A DNA stretch of 27,752 nt from an uncultured Acetobacteraceae bacterium (GTDB lineage Bacteria; Pseudomonadota; Alphaproteobacteria; Acetobacterales; Acetobacteraceae). The translations under genes and the position numbers were made by a program. The stretch is from assembly GCA_964247515.1 (NCBI GenBank), contig CAXTVL010000002.1:1-27752 (forward strand), written 5' to 3'. This document shows positions 27,550 to 27,752 of the stretch, piece by piece. The notes below the pieces were generated by a model. That model was not told where the DNA came from, did not search any database, and saw nothing but the letters and a program-made list of their open reading frames with translations. Each line of letters starts with the position of its first letter. The stretch's first letter is position 1.

Positions 27550-27752
27550 TCGTCGAGCTCACCCTGCCCCGGTTGGGCGAGACCATGGAGACCGGGCGGG
27601 TCGCGAGTTGGCTGCGCAGCCCCGGCGAGAGCTTCAAGCGCGGCGAGACGCTGCTGGAGATCGAGACCGACAAGACCATCGTCGAGATGCCGGCGCTGGC
27701 CGACGGCACGCTGGTCGAGATCGTGGCCGAGGCCGGCCGCGACGCCGATGTG
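27546..27752 (+). CDS. Lipoyl-domain protein (E2, AcoC/PdhC-like), N-terminal fragment running off the right edge; absent from the ORF track
   Basis: ATGA overlap; MIVELTLPRLGETMETGRVASWLRSPGESFKRGETLLEIETDKTIVEMPALADGTLVEIV with lipoyl-Lys motif ETDK. Confidence 0.9.
   Translation, partial: MIVELTLPRLGETMETGRVASWLRSPGESFKRGETLLEIETDKTIVEMPALADGTLVEIVAEAGRDADV

Overview
High-GC alphaproteobacterial window (Rhodospirillales/Acetobacteraceae-like by gene style; inference). (1) 1-7265, core block: partial TonB-like gene, tRNA-Cys(GCA), the pcm-tolC-popZ(DUF2497)-valS cluster, then purU coupled to valS. (2) 7262-15927: a paoABC/yagTSR-like molybdo-flavo-FeS oxidoreductase operon (minus) divergent from a TauABC-like importer (two permeases, Tat-exported binding protein, ATPase) plus an MHS-family MFS transporter. 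The shared 129-bp spacer holds an EcfG-type promoter, a sigma54-type promoter and a 10-bp inverted repeat. (3) 15974-19069: alpha/beta hydrolase with a divergent TetR and palindromic operator, and an Nramp-related transporter with non-canonical metal-site motifs. (4) 19082-27752: a divergent catabolic locus of unknown substrate. SorC/LsrR-type regulator, ArgE-like deacylase, PLP trans-sulfuration-family lyase and a CUT1 sugar ABC importer without ATPase face an AcoA/AcoB/E2-like TPP dehydrogenase complex; this is the best candidate for an undescribed pathway. No integrase, transposase, CRISPR array or rRNA was seen. Most long ORFs in the supplied track are GC-rich shadow frames. All product calls come from motif recognition, not database searches.
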